A stretch of DNA of 64,000 nucleotides from an uncultured virus (IMG/VR IMGVR_UViG_2630968395_000002) (Duplodnaviria > Heunggongvirae > Uroviricota > Caudoviricetes): IMG/VR virus record IMGVR_UViG_2630968395_000002; one strand, 5' to 3'. How positions within the stretch are numbered: the first letter of the stretch is position 1; each line of letters begins with the position of its first letter. Position numbers and translations under genes: made by a program. Under the pieces are notes generated by a model. The model saw only the letters and a program-made list of their open reading frames with translations. It was not told the DNA's origin and ran no database searches. This document shows, in pieces, positions 1-12,525 of this stretch.

Positions 1-1139
1 TTCAAACCGTTAATCCAGCGGATAGAGACTTCTGTCCCATTACCGTGATCCACTTTCTCTTCGTTATAGCCAAAGAAACCACCGCCATCACCGGTACCGT
101 AAGCGTTAGCCAGTGCCTGACCACCCAGCAGCATAGCGCGGTCAATGGTGGTGCCAGTGGTGATTAGCTTGGTTGAAGCCACCAAGTCATTATTTGATAC
201 CAACACTTTAGAGCCAGTATTAAAACGAACTGGCGTACCACCATATTTCCGCACCAGCACGTTACGCCACATCGCACATTCGCCTTTGAACAGCGGATGA
301 TCGAAGCCCTTAGAACGTTGCACTGCACGGGTCATCATCGCTTGCCAGTCTTTACCTGAAGTAGATGTGTACCAGTCATTCCACTGCCGCGGCGTCACGT
401 ATAGAACAAAATACGGATCCTCATTAGCCAACTCATCTTTAGACATCCGGATCGGCTGTAAAGGATGGGCCATTTCATCAAGGAACAAGGCAATGTTATC
501 GACAGTGGCTAGCGTGAACAGATCCGCTGCATCCAATGTTTCCATAGATGTCGCATCACCAGAATAGAAATGGCGGTCATAGGTGGGTGGCAATACATCA
601 TTGATCATGATTTTGCCAAATTCACCGTGTTCAGCCAGTGGCACGATGGTGTCATCGGCCATGTAATCGCCACGCGCCCCCGCCAGATGGAAGGTGGCAG
701 ACTGGTCCTGCACATCGTTGAAGTAAGTTCCCAGCAACGTGCGGGCGGTCTTATTCAGGTTGTGCTTGAAACGCTGCTCAGACATCTTGCCGCCCGCATC
801 AACTAAATGGCGGCCTTGGTTAATCTTCAAAGCAAAGTCTGCAAACGCCAGATTTTCACCGCGACCGGCCAACTTCTCATCGCCCATCGTCGGGCGCTTC
901 GACAGTTTGTGAACGATTTGCATATCCACTTCATCGCCTTTCTGCTTTTGCAGATCAGTGATACGCACCACGGGCGCGTTGTGGCTTGTCTGGGTAGTCC
1001 CTTTTTTATCAGGATTGACTGACTTCGGCGCTTCCTGTTGTTCGGTTAGTACGTTAACAAATGAGCGGTTACGGTTTGCAGCCGTGAACAGCGCGACCTG
1101 CATTAGCTTATTCGCCTGGGCAGAGGTGATAGTCGTCAT
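1..1139 (-). CDS. Major capsid protein, N4-gp56/DUF4043 (933W-like) family; 3' end outside window
   Basis: Manual translation from ATG at 1139: MTTITSAQANKLMQVALFTAANRNRSFVNVLTEQQEAP..., resembling the 933W capsid N-terminus as I recall it; SD GGAG upstream. Confidence 0.88.
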   Translation of the reverse strand, partial: MTTITSAQANKLMQVALFTAANRNRSFVNVLTEQQEAPKSVNPDKKGTTQTSHNAPVVRITDLQKQKGDEVDMQIVHKLSKRPTMGDEKLAGRGENLAFADFALKINQGRHLVDAGGKMSEQRFKHNLNKTARTLLGTYFNDVQDQSATFHLAGARGDYMADDTIVPLAEHGEFGKIMINDVLPPTYDRHFYSGDATSMETLDAADLFTLATVDNIALFLDEMAHPLQPIRMSKDELANEDPYFVLYVTPRQWNDWYTSTSGKDWQAMMTRAVQRSKGFDHPLFKGECAMWRNVLVRKYGGTPVRFNTGSKVLVSNNDLVASTKLITTGTTIDRAMLLGGQALANAYGTGDGGGFFGYNEEKVDHGNGTEVSIRWINGL

Positions 1140-1150
1140 AGATACTCCAT

Positions 1151-1176
1151 AAATGAAAAACCCGCCGTAGCGGGTT
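1151..1176 (-). terminator. Rho-independent terminator between scaffold and capsid genes
   Basis: AACCCGC-TACG-GCGGGTT followed by TTTCATTT on minus strand. Confidence 0.7.
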
Positions 1177-1198
1177 GAGATTTAAATCAGTAGGGTTA

Positions 1199-2248
1199 TT
1201 AGATTGCCTGGTCTAACAGCGCCTCAATTTGGGCATCCGTCATACCGGCAAACATGGCCTGTAGCTGATCAGGCGAAGCATTAGCAGCTTGCTCCAAAGG
1301 TGAGGCCGTATGAATTGTTGTTACCCCAAGATCTGACGGTGAGCTAGGTACTTGCGTCGCCGCAGTTGCAGCAGCCAATTTCTCAGCGGCAATCCGTTGA
1401 ACATCTGAGTTGGTCGTCGTGGCGGTGGTTGTCGTAACCTGCTCTTGTTGAGCCGATTCACCGTAGGCGGCCTTGGTGCGTTTCGCGACTTCCACAAAGC
1501 GCTCAGTTAAAGACTTATCTTTCCATGCAGGGTCATTTTGCAGATTAGTATCAATGTGTACTGCCAGTGTGAAACGGTCAGGATCTTGGTCCTGCCATGA
1601 CTTCAGGTCAGGTACAGCATTCATGGCATCCATTACTGGGTTGCCGTTCGTGACCGGTGCTGGCTGACTCTGCTGCAGGTAATCGATTTTCTGCACCATC
1701 GTGTCCAGCACTGCCGCCATCTCGGGGAAACTATCGCGTATGGCATCGATTTGTTCAGGTGTAACCTGAGCCTTCTCAGGTAATGGAGCAGGTTGCATAC
1801 CAGCGAAGTTGATTTGTCGGGTCAACGCCTCAAGCTGGCGCTTTGTATCAGCTAACTCAGTTGCAGCTTGCTGATTGGACCCTGCCAAACGCTGTTTTTC
1901 TGCCCGCTCGGCCACCAGCACGTCGTAAGGAATAACGTGCTGACCATCTTTGCTGAGAATGCCTTTCGGTTTCTCAGAACCTTCAGTGGTTGCCGCTTGC
2001 GTGGTGGCTGTCGTTTTAGTGATCGGCACTTCAGTGACTTGTGCTGTAGTCGTCGCGCCCGGCGTCAGCTCGTCTTTCTTATCGCCCGTATTTACTACTG
2101 CTGCACTTGCATCGTTAGTAACAACAGTAACGGGCGTAGTCGTAACCGCTGCTGTCTGTGTTACATCAGAAATATCCACATCACCAAATCCATCGATTAG
2201 CGCTTCCAACTCTTCTGGCGTTTCATTACCTGTTAATTCAATGTCCAC
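1199..2248 (-). CDS. Probable capsid scaffolding protein
   Basis: 349 aa acidic, Thr-rich, coiled-coil protein between portal and capsid genes. Confidence 0.7.
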   Translation of the reverse strand: MDIELTGNETPEELEALIDGFGDVDISDVTQTAAVTTTPVTVVTNDASAAVVNTGDKKDELTPGATTTAQVTEVPITKTTATTQAATTEGSEKPKGILSKDGQHVIPYDVLVAERAEKQRLAGSNQQAATELADTKRQLEALTRQINFAGMQPAPLPEKAQVTPEQIDAIRDSFPEMAAVLDTMVQKIDYLQQSQPAPVTNGNPVMDAMNAVPDLKSWQDQDPDRFTLAVHIDTNLQNDPAWKDKSLTERFVEVAKRTKAAYGESAQQEQVTTTTATTTNSDVQRIAAEKLAAATAATQVPSSPSDLGVTTIHTASPLEQAANASPDQLQAMFAGMTDAQIEALLDQAI

Positions 2249-2365
2249 GTTATAACTCCTGCATGACTATTTACCGGATAGATCCGAATGAGGAAGGCGT
2301 ATCGCTGCCCATGCGAATAAACACTCTTGGGTAAGAGCGCTTAGCGGCATAAACCGAATTGGTAG

Positions 2366-2392
2366 AAAAAGAAAAGCCCACGCGTTGTGGGC
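2366..2392 (-). terminator. Intrinsic terminator 2 of internal late leader
   Basis: GCCCAC-AACGC-GTGGGC + TTTTCTTTTT on minus strand. Confidence 0.7.
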
Positions 2393-2428
2393 AAGTTATT
2401 CAGATGAAAATCAGAGACGCCAGAAAGC

Positions 2429-2455
2429 AAAAAGCCCCGCGTTTAGGCGAGGCTT
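2429..2455 (-). terminator. Intrinsic terminator 1 of internal late leader
   Basis: AAGCCTCGC-CTAAAC-GCGGGGCTT + TTT on minus strand. Confidence 0.7.
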
Positions 2456-2475
2456 AATTCGGTGCAATGTAGTGC

Positions 2476-2514
2476 ATCTTTCGGAAATTTAGCGCTTATT
2501 CTGCATGCTTGCAA
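2476..2514 (-). promoter_or_regulatory. Second PR'-like late promoter with a pause-element-like hexamer
   Basis: TTGCAA-17-TAAATT-4-AAAGAT, same architecture as 11359-11397. Confidence 0.65.
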
Positions 2515-2517
2515 TAG

Positions 2518-4638
2518 CTAGAGTGGCAATTGATTAATTTGTCCCTGAATAGTACTCATCATTTCATCACGTAAAGCGCCTATCTCCTCGGTTACATTCT
2601 GCATGTCTTGCAGCACTTGGCCCGTTTTAGCCTGAGTATAAGCATCATTGAAGCGCTGACCATTGGCCAATGTGGCCTCATGTTCCGCTTGGGCATTAAT
2701 GCGTTGTGCTTCGGCTTCCAATTTTGCAACCTTACCAGCAATTTCGCGCATGGCGAGTTCTTGTTGTTGCTGCTGTAGCTGTTGCTCCTGCTGTGCGGCT
2801 TGCTGTTCTTCGGGTGTCATTTCATCCGGAGATTTCGGTGTCCCCAGCGCCCCACGGATCCGCTCAATAAACTGCTGTTTGTTCGGCAGGTCTAGCAGTT
2901 CTACCCACATATCAAGCACGCTGACTTGAATCTGCGGCGGTAACCCGACAATAACTTCAGACAATCGTTGCGCCAGTTGTGATTTATAGGCCGGTGTCTG
3001 TTGAATCGGTGCCAGTGCGATATGCGCTCGCAGGCGTGATATGTCATTATTCATACCACCCACTTCTTCTTCGGCATTCAACACCACCTCTTTGCGCTTA
3101 CGAGGGTCATCACGATTGATTACCACTGGATAATTCCTGCGCTTTGTTAATTCCTCCAGCAAATAGCACAGTAATAACTGGCCGACCTGCTGGCAAGCGA
3201 ACTGATAGTTATCGTTGATCTCCGCCAGAGTGGTCGCCCCCTGCTCGACCAGATTGCTGATGGCTACTCCACTGGCCGCGTTGGAATCTTGCCCGAGGAA
3301 TGCAGAGTAAACCCCAAGCCCATCTTGGATCAGCTTCATTGACTCCTGCATCACCTGAAACTGCTGCTGGGCGACTTGGAAGTCCTGCTGGATATTTAAT
3401 GCGTCTGCGGCGGTGGTTTTATTGGCGCGGTTGGGGTTGAGATTAATGACCCCATCTGGGCGTTCGATCTCTTCGGCCAACTGTTTATCGGTCATGTTTG
3501 TCGCATCCGCATCCTTAATCACTCGCTTGGCCTGCAATAGCCAAGTCAGTTTGATGCGACGGAAATTGACTTCATCCTGTGCCGGAATAGCACGGCAGGC
3601 CAAACCATAGGGCGCTCCGGTCTTATCTTTGCGATAGCCCCAGAATGGGATCAGCGGAAACATGCCTTGCGGCGCGGTACAGGGGCGGTCAATGATAAAG
3701 TGAGGGCCAACAAACCACGATTCGCGGATCCGGCTGACTCGCGCCATGGTTATCTGCACCCGACCAGTGGCCACTGCTACTGCATGCATCACGTTATTCT
3801 TGTCGTATTCCACCACTCGACCATTACTCAGTTGCAGGATGGGCAGGCGCTGAAATGTTCGATAATAGATAACCTGCAATAATACGCGTTTACGGTTTGA
3901 TGTGACCCACTCGGTACTCTCACGGCTCCATGATTGATACTCTTCGTACGCACTGATCAAATCAGACTCTTGTCCCTCCGCTAAGCTAGTATCAACAAAG
4001 CCCTTCCACTCGTTGAGTGAATAATCGATTATTTGTGCTTTATCCGGGAAAGTCCCTTTAACCTCGTCCACATCCAGCCAGCGCTTACGCATCAGCCAAC
4101 GGCAATCACTTAGATCCGCCTCGCGGCTGAACCAATCCCAATAAACTTCATTACGATGAACGGTAGAGACTTTGAATTTATTGGCAAACGGATCATCATT
4201 ACGACGCACCTCCACCCACGATAACCCGGCTTTGATTTGCTCGGCATAAGCATCACTGCGGGCCTTATTCAAGCCACTTAACCGGCAAGCATCAGCAAAC
4301 TCAGCATTAACGGCCTCGGCCATGACTTCCATTTCTTCATTGGGATCATCAGCAATCACCATTAAATCAGTACGTGTCTTGGCTTCCATGCCCAACACGC
4401 CGTCAATCGTTGGTGCGATAAGGTTATGTTGCGTCAAGGGTTGTCCGCGTTCTCGCAGCTTTGCTACCACTTCTGGTGCAAGCTGATCCCCGTCATAATA
4501 AGCACAAGCAGTATTAGCACTGGTGCGCCAGTCTGGCTGATGGTCAATATCTGAAGAAATATCCATCAAGCGCTCAAGTGTGAAACGGTCACGGTTTACT
4601 GGCTGAGCAGACTCAGTTTGATTAGTAGCGGTATTCAT
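2518..4638 (-). CDS. Portal protein (933W/P22-like podovirus type)
   Basis: 706 aa following terL; YYDGDQL and NLIAPTIDGVLG motifs; Q-rich C-terminal coiled coil. Confidence 0.85.
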   Translation of the reverse strand: MNTATNQTESAQPVNRDRFTLERLMDISSDIDHQPDWRTSANTACAYYDGDQLAPEVVAKLRERGQPLTQHNLIAPTIDGVLGMEAKTRTDLMVIADDPNEEMEVMAEAVNAEFADACRLSGLNKARSDAYAEQIKAGLSWVEVRRNDDPFANKFKVSTVHRNEVYWDWFSREADLSDCRWLMRKRWLDVDEVKGTFPDKAQIIDYSLNEWKGFVDTSLAEGQESDLISAYEEYQSWSRESTEWVTSNRKRVLLQVIYYRTFQRLPILQLSNGRVVEYDKNNVMHAVAVATGRVQITMARVSRIRESWFVGPHFIIDRPCTAPQGMFPLIPFWGYRKDKTGAPYGLACRAIPAQDEVNFRRIKLTWLLQAKRVIKDADATNMTDKQLAEEIERPDGVINLNPNRANKTTAADALNIQQDFQVAQQQFQVMQESMKLIQDGLGVYSAFLGQDSNAASGVAISNLVEQGATTLAEINDNYQFACQQVGQLLLCYLLEELTKRRNYPVVINRDDPRKRKEVVLNAEEEVGGMNNDISRLRAHIALAPIQQTPAYKSQLAQRLSEVIVGLPPQIQVSVLDMWVELLDLPNKQQFIERIRGALGTPKSPDEMTPEEQQAAQQEQQLQQQQQELAMREIAGKVAKLEAEAQRINAQAEHEATLANGQRFNDAYTQAKTGQVLQDMQNVTEEIGALRDEMMSTIQGQINQLPL

Positions 4639-6340
4639 CAGATAGCCATCCAGTGTTTAGGTTTCGAGCGGTCAATAGGTGTGTGTTTTGGACGTGCTGG
4701 CATACGTGCTCTCATTTCTTGTGCAATTGCATAGCTCATCACCTGGTCATCGAAGCAACCCGTTTGGGCATTCATACGGCCCCGCGTGTCATAAACGTAG
4801 GTGTTCAATTCGTTGATGGTGCCAATCCAGCGAACACCGGAGGCGTTCTCTCGAAGCAATGTTTTAAGCCCCTCAATAATGACCGGCTTGCTTTGTGCGG
4901 TAGTTAACCAGCCCAGTTTTGGCGTTTCATCATCGTGGTCACGGTCGAGATATTGCTCTGAATAGATAGATCGGTGTGGGTAAACTTCGCGTAATTTTTG
5001 TATGACTGCGTGGCCGTGGTTGTTCCGTTCAGGACCAATGAAGGCCGTGTTGTACCAACGGCCAACATGGGCCATCAGTTGAGCGAATAGCTCAGCATCA
5101 AGATAGCCGAACCAGTGAGCGACCTGTTCACCGCTAGACTTTTTCACCACATCAAATGATGATCGGTCACGGTTTTCCAGCCCTTCAGCCACATCACCGC
5201 CAATGGCGTAATCTTCATCAGGGTCCGGCAGTTCCCACACTAATAAGTGATTCAGTAAAGTGCGTTGAAGTTCTTCTGCATTGCCAGCACGTAATGCCTG
5301 AACTTTGGTTCGTTTACCGGTGACTGGCTCAATGTCATATACCAGCAACGGGGACTTACACTGACCTTCGGCCTTCATAACATTAATGGCGGCGAATACA
5401 CGGCGGCCAGATGTTAGAAATGCCTCAGACGGCGTGCTGGGGAATTCCTGTTTCATTTCCTCCTGCTGCTCAATTTCTTTGCGGATATACCACTGCTTTT
5501 GTTCATCAAGCAAAGTGATACCCATCGCTTGCTCAACAGCAGCAAAATACTCCTGATGGTATTTACTTAAACGCAGGCCGCCAGCGGGTACAGGAGCCTG
5601 ATACTTAGGATCCTGCCACCAGGCAAAGAAATGGAATTTATAATCTTGTGATGTGAGCGGTAGATTTAATTGGCCTAAATCCATTGCTCGCGTGCTCATG
5701 GTATGGAAATCGCCACCAACACCTTCAGCGGTGCTTTCAATAAAAACAATACAGCCGTCTTTAATGGCGTTTAGCGTACCCGTTCTAACCTCTTTCGCTT
5801 TAGCTGGATACGTAGCGCAAATCTTTCCATGCTCTGAAATATGTAACCGTTGAACTGTCCCCGAACGAAATGAGGTTGATACACGTATCTTGGAACCGTG
5901 GGCAAACTCAATATGCCCACCATTTGCTCCTTCACGTCGAGTGCTCACAGGAAAGGTGGCGCGTAACCAAACAGGCAAGTTATCAAAAGGAATAGATATT
6001 TTGGTGCTAAATATTTCCCCTGCCGCTGGTAAGTCCTGGGCGATGATCCCGCAAGAGAGATTGTTGTTAAACAGCGCTTGATCCAGAAGGTAAATATCTA
6101 TGCCCGTTGAGAAGCCTAATTGACGGGCTTTTAGAATGATATTTCGATAGTGCATATTTTTGAACAATTCCCGCTGCGCGGGACGCATACGGAAGGTTAC
6201 CAGCTCACCATCTTCATTGACGATCTTGTACAAGTTATTCAACCGCCACCAAACATCAGATAAGTGTGCTTTGATATAGGCGATCTGTTCTGCCTCCCCC
6301 ATTGCTACAATGTCTGTATCGTTAAGCCTATTATCTTGTG

Positions 6341-6344
<4 letters not shown>
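4638..6344 (-). CDS. terL: Terminase large subunit
   Basis: LKARQLGFST Walker A, LHISE Walker B, ESTAEG motif III, GGDVAEG and FDDQVMS nuclease motifs. Confidence 0.95.
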
Positions 6345-9664
<3,320 letters not shown>

Positions 9665-9689
9665 AGTAATTTCCTGTTGAAGTGATTTG

Positions 9690-9878
9690 TTAACCTAATT
9701 TGGCGCGCACAAGACAATCCTTGGCCTCTAATAACTTACGCAGGCCAGCCGCTTTCTCTGCGCTATCGGGCAACTGCTCATCCATTGCAATAGCTAAATC
9801 ACCAATTGGCTTACTGACTTCCTGAAGCACTGGTGGTAAATGGGTATATGCAAAATATTTGATAATTGGTGAATGCAT
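9690..9878 (-). CDS. Small helical-hairpin phage protein, Acb2/Tad1-hairpin-like (putative)
   Basis: LPDSAEKAAGLRKLLEAKDCLVRA resembles the PxSREKSLALTKLEEA helix pattern; adjacent to DUF2829. Confidence 0.55.
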   Translation of the reverse strand: MHSPIIKYFAYTHLPPVLQEVSKPIGDLAIAMDEQLPDSAEKAAGLRKLLEAKDCLVRAKLG

Positions 9879-9881
9879 GAC

Positions 9882-10400
9882 TCACTCCTGTTTGCTTTGT
9901 TGTTGTGATGGCAGACTGCGGATCGATTCTCTATCGTTATTAGCTTGGTCTAACAGGGTCAGCAACGGGTCAATCCACAACACGGCTTGGCGGTATGTCA
10001 TTCTGCGGGGGGAAGTGGTACCAGCAGCGGTTCCGTCAGGCTGGCCGGAATTGCGCATTGCCCTGGCACGTAAACGGTTCGTATAGTCGTACATCCGCTG
10101 AGCAGTAGAATCAGGGATGTACTGATTAGCGCATTCCTCAACTTTGAGGTCTTTGCGGTTTTCAATTTGCCTTTCCTCGCTTTTGCCAGAAATGGTGACA
10201 TTATAACTACCGGCTTGCGCCGCTATCTCATTTGAGCGCTGGAACTGGAAAGCCTGTAATGCCAGAGTGGCTTTCGATTCATCCAGATCAGATTGCAGTT
10301 GCAATAATTGCCTGCCTTTCTCCGCAGCAGATTGATGAAAATAGAGTGCGGTACCGCCGAGGCACAGGACCACAATTGCGATAATGAATTTTGTGGACAT
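9882..10400 (-). CDS. Rz: i-spanin (Rz), apparently frameshift-fused to the o-spanin C-terminus
   Basis: N-terminal TM helix plus coiled coil downstream of endolysin; tail MTYRQAVLWIDPLL looks like o-spanin sequence. Confidence 0.75.
   Translation of the reverse strand: MSTKFIIAIVVLCLGGTALYFHQSAAEKGRQLLQLQSDLDESKATLALQAFQFQRSNEIAAQAGSYNVTISGKSEERQIENRKDLKVEECANQYIPDSTAQRMYDYTNRLRARAMRNSGQPDGTAAGTTSPRRMTYRQAVLWIDPLLTLLDQANNDRESIRSLPSQQQSKQE
9998..10141 (-). pseudogene. Rz1: o-spanin (Rz1) lipoprotein, truncated by a 1-nt frameshift
   Basis: TTG start, lipobox LLSGC, Pro-rich linker, stop after LPPAE; continuation lies in the Rz frame. Confidence 0.65.
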
Positions 10401-10531
10401 ATCAGGATCCGGGCTTAAAGCCGTTTACTATGAAAAAAGTAGGGGTAATGGCAGACACCAGCAATTCAGATTTCACGTAGCGTTACCAAAGCAGCTTAAA
10501 AATGGGTATTACTGGCTAATTTATAAGGGGT

Positions 10532-11020
10532 TTATGGCATCAGGCATAATTCGCGCTCGACTTCACGGCGATTCACTAACCCCTTCCAGACCTTGCCACC
10601 TGCCTTAATCCATCTGCGGAGCTCATCGCACGCGCCAGAAGTGTCGCCACGGTTGAGCTTTTTCACCATGGTTGAATGGGTCATTGCAGTAATACCAACG
10701 TTGTAGCCAAATGATGCCAATGCGGCTTTGCGGAAATCAGGCATTGGAACGTTAACGATGCGGTCAATGGTGGCAAATACGGGGATCAGATCTTGGTGTA
10801 GCAAAGCATCACATTCAGCATCGCTATAACGTTTGCTGGGAATAATATCTTTGCCGGTATGACCATCGCATACCGTTAGCACGCCAACCACATCACGATA
10901 AGGGGTATATTCGCGCCCTTCCAGACCATCGCTGCCGCCCACCATGGCGATTGCTATTGCCATTGCACCGCCGATTGCCGCACCCATGACTTTCTTGCGC
11001 AACGCGGGGGACATTGCCAT
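10532..11020 (-). CDS. R: SAR endolysin (GH24 lysozyme, phage 21 R-like)
   Basis: Ala/Gly-rich SAR N-terminus; E-8-D-5-T triad EGREYTPYRDVVGVLT. Confidence 0.93.
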   Translation of the reverse strand: MAMSPALRKKVMGAAIGGAMAIAIAMVGGSDGLEGREYTPYRDVVGVLTVCDGHTGKDIIPSKRYSDAECDALLHQDLIPVFATIDRIVNVPMPDFRKAALASFGYNVGITAMTHSTMVKKLNRGDTSGACDELRRWIKAGGKVWKGLVNRREVERELCLMP

Positions 11021-11232
11021 TATTCCCCCTTCGCCGCTTTCCGCTTATCTTCGCGCACCTTGAAATATAGGTTGGTTAGGAATGTTAGGAAAGCAAACAT
11101 CAAGCTACCCAGCACACCAATAGCCGCCCATTGCTCAGGGGCAAATCCATTCAGTAATTGTTTAAACCAAAACAGTGCGCCGCCACCGCTCGCGGTATAA
11201 GAGATACCGGTTGTGAGCCTCTCCATTTTCAT
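11020..11232 (-). CDS. S: Pinholin (phage 21 S family) with Met-Lys-Met dual start
   Basis: [12 protein letters not shown]...[13 protein letters not shown]...LTNLYFK. Confidence 0.92.
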   Translation of the reverse strand: MKMERLTTGISYTASGGGALFWFKQLLNGFAPEQWAAIGVLGSLMFAFLTFLTNLYFKVREDKRKAAKGE

Positions 11233-11258
11233 GCTCCACCTCCCCGGCTTGGGGAAAT

Positions 11259-11291
11259 AAAAAAGCCTGCTGGGCGAACCATGCAGGCTTT
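11259..11291 (-). terminator. tR'2 terminator
   Basis: AAAGCCTGC...GCAGGCTTT + TTT on minus strand. Confidence 0.75.
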
Positions 11292-11324
11292 GGGTGTAGT
11301 CAGGACTGACCGGAACTGACCAAT

Positions 11325-11358
11325 AAAAAACCGGAGCAGCTTTTAAGCATACTCCGGC
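11325..11358 (-). terminator. tR'1 terminator
   Basis: GCCGGAG...CTCCGGT + TTTTT on minus strand. Confidence 0.75.
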
Positions 11359-11397
11359 ATCTTTGTGTAATTTAGCGCGTTAATGATGTAGGGTCAA
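11359..11397 (-). promoter_or_regulatory. Late promoter PR' with a sigma-dependent pause-like element
   Basis: TTGACC-17-TAAATT then AAAGAT, directly after the Q stop; compare lambda PR' TTGACT-17-TAAATT...AACGAT. Confidence 0.8.
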
Positions 11398-11404
11398 TCA
11401 TTGG

Positions 11405-12214
11405 TCAAAAGTCTTTTTCTAGCTGAATTCTTTCAATTAAAACCTCACCAGCACTCGATTCTTCAACATATAGCCAATGCATACATTCTTTAACCAGAGG
11501 CACATATTGCGCCGCCCAATCCCCACCGGATATCTCAGCCCCTATGATACCCATAGATTTGCGCAGGTGTTCCATTGTAGGCGGTATACGGCCACTGCCG
11601 CCGCACTCGTTGCATATTTCGGGATGAGGCCGCAGGGTTTTACCGGCACCGTGACAACGGGGGCAGACTTGCTTTATCGCCGCCTGATGATTAGCCCACG
11701 CCCGCAGTGCACCACGTTCTGTTTTGATTTTAGACTGAAGGGTTTTTATTTCGTCTGCCAGTAATGCGATAGTGCCATCATCAAGTGCCTGCGCTTTATC
11801 TCTTTCCAGTAATTTGATTTGCTGCTGGAGTCCATCAACGACTTTTCTGGTGATACCTGTACGGGAGCCGTAACGACGCAGTAAAGTGGCAATTTGCTCT
11901 ACCTGCGCCGGAAGGTTTCTATCCAATACCATATTAAGTGCCAACTGGCAGGCAGCAATAGCTCGCGCTGGATGTGGTCGCTTATGCAACCACCCACCTA
12001 TAACCGCCCGTAAGCGCTGCTCGGCTTGGCAGTCATTACGGTATTTGGTCATCAAGATATCGAAGCCAATGGGATGTTGGTGCTGGCAGGTGGCGAAAGT
12101 CCCTAATATCTGGTCTTTGGTCAGAACGGCACGACCCCGGCCAATATTCAGCGATTCAATGCTGACGCAGCGCGGATCGTGCATTTTAATAAGTTGTTCA
12201 ATTGCAGTGGTCAT
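11405..12214 (-). CDS. Q: Late antitermination protein Q (zinc-finger type)
   Basis: CPRCHGAG...CNECGGSG zinc finger; directly upstream of PR' and lysis genes. Confidence 0.8.
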   Translation of the reverse strand: MTTAIEQLIKMHDPRCVSIESLNIGRGRAVLTKDQILGTFATCQHQHPIGFDILMTKYRNDCQAEQRLRAVIGGWLHKRPHPARAIAACQLALNMVLDRNLPAQVEQIATLLRRYGSRTGITRKVVDGLQQQIKLLERDKAQALDDGTIALLADEIKTLQSKIKTERGALRAWANHQAAIKQVCPRCHGAGKTLRPHPEICNECGGSGRIPPTMEHLRKSMGIIGAEISGGDWAAQYVPLVKECMHWLYVEESSAGEVLIERIQLEKDF

Positions 12215-12219
12215 ATTGG

Positions 12220-12254
12220 TCAGTCCTGTGTTTTAAATTCACAGGACTGATTTT
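12220..12254 (+). terminator. 11-bp hairpin covering the Q RBS; plus-strand terminator of a putative anti-Q RNA
   Basis: TCAGTCCTGTG-TTTTAAATT-CACAGGACTGA + TTTT. Confidence 0.6.
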
Positions 12255-12306
12255 ATAGTTCATTTCACAAATCGCAATAATAATTAAATTATTGCAAAAA
12301 ATGAAA

Positions 12307-12525
12307 TCACTTTGTATTCCCATCATGTACGAAATCATCACTACCAACACGATGAGAACCATAAGCAACTTTATAATCAGAGTCATACTCGGCTCTTTTT
12401 TCTAAAGCTTCTTGCTCAGTATTAAATGTTTCAACAAAGTGCCACGGTGAATTGCGGAAAACTCCGTATCCGAGCACCCATCCTTTGTTATCTGGATCTA
12501 TTAAGAAACTACTATAGTTTTTCAT
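12307..12525 (-). CDS. Hypothetical protein (AT-rich)
   Basis: 72 aa ORF with SD GGGG, abutting the VRR-NUC stop. Confidence 0.6.
   Translation of the reverse strand: MKNYSSFLIDPDNKGWVLGYGVFRNSPWHFVETFNTEQEALEKRAEYDSDYKVAYGSHRVGSDDFVHDGNTK

Larger units (their letters stand above)
11255..11362 (-). ncRNA. Candidate PR' leader sRNA carrying two antisense copies of the phage RBS motif
   Basis: Between two terminator hairpins the RNA reads AUUGGUCAGUUCCGGUCAGUCCUG, complementary to (G/C)AGGACUGACCAAU. Confidence 0.5.

Noticed and set aside
367..2255. Plus-strand ORFs opposite the capsid and scaffold genes (and similar shadow ORFs window-wide)
   Set aside because: Antisense shadows of well-supported genes, with no recognisable motifs
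10401..10531. Gap between endolysin and Rz containing a 24-codon GTG ORF
   Set aside because: No convincing RBS, structure or similarity; cannot be supported
11224..11232. Met-Lys-Met holin dual start
   Set aside because: Real but a well-known holin/antiholin feature, not novel
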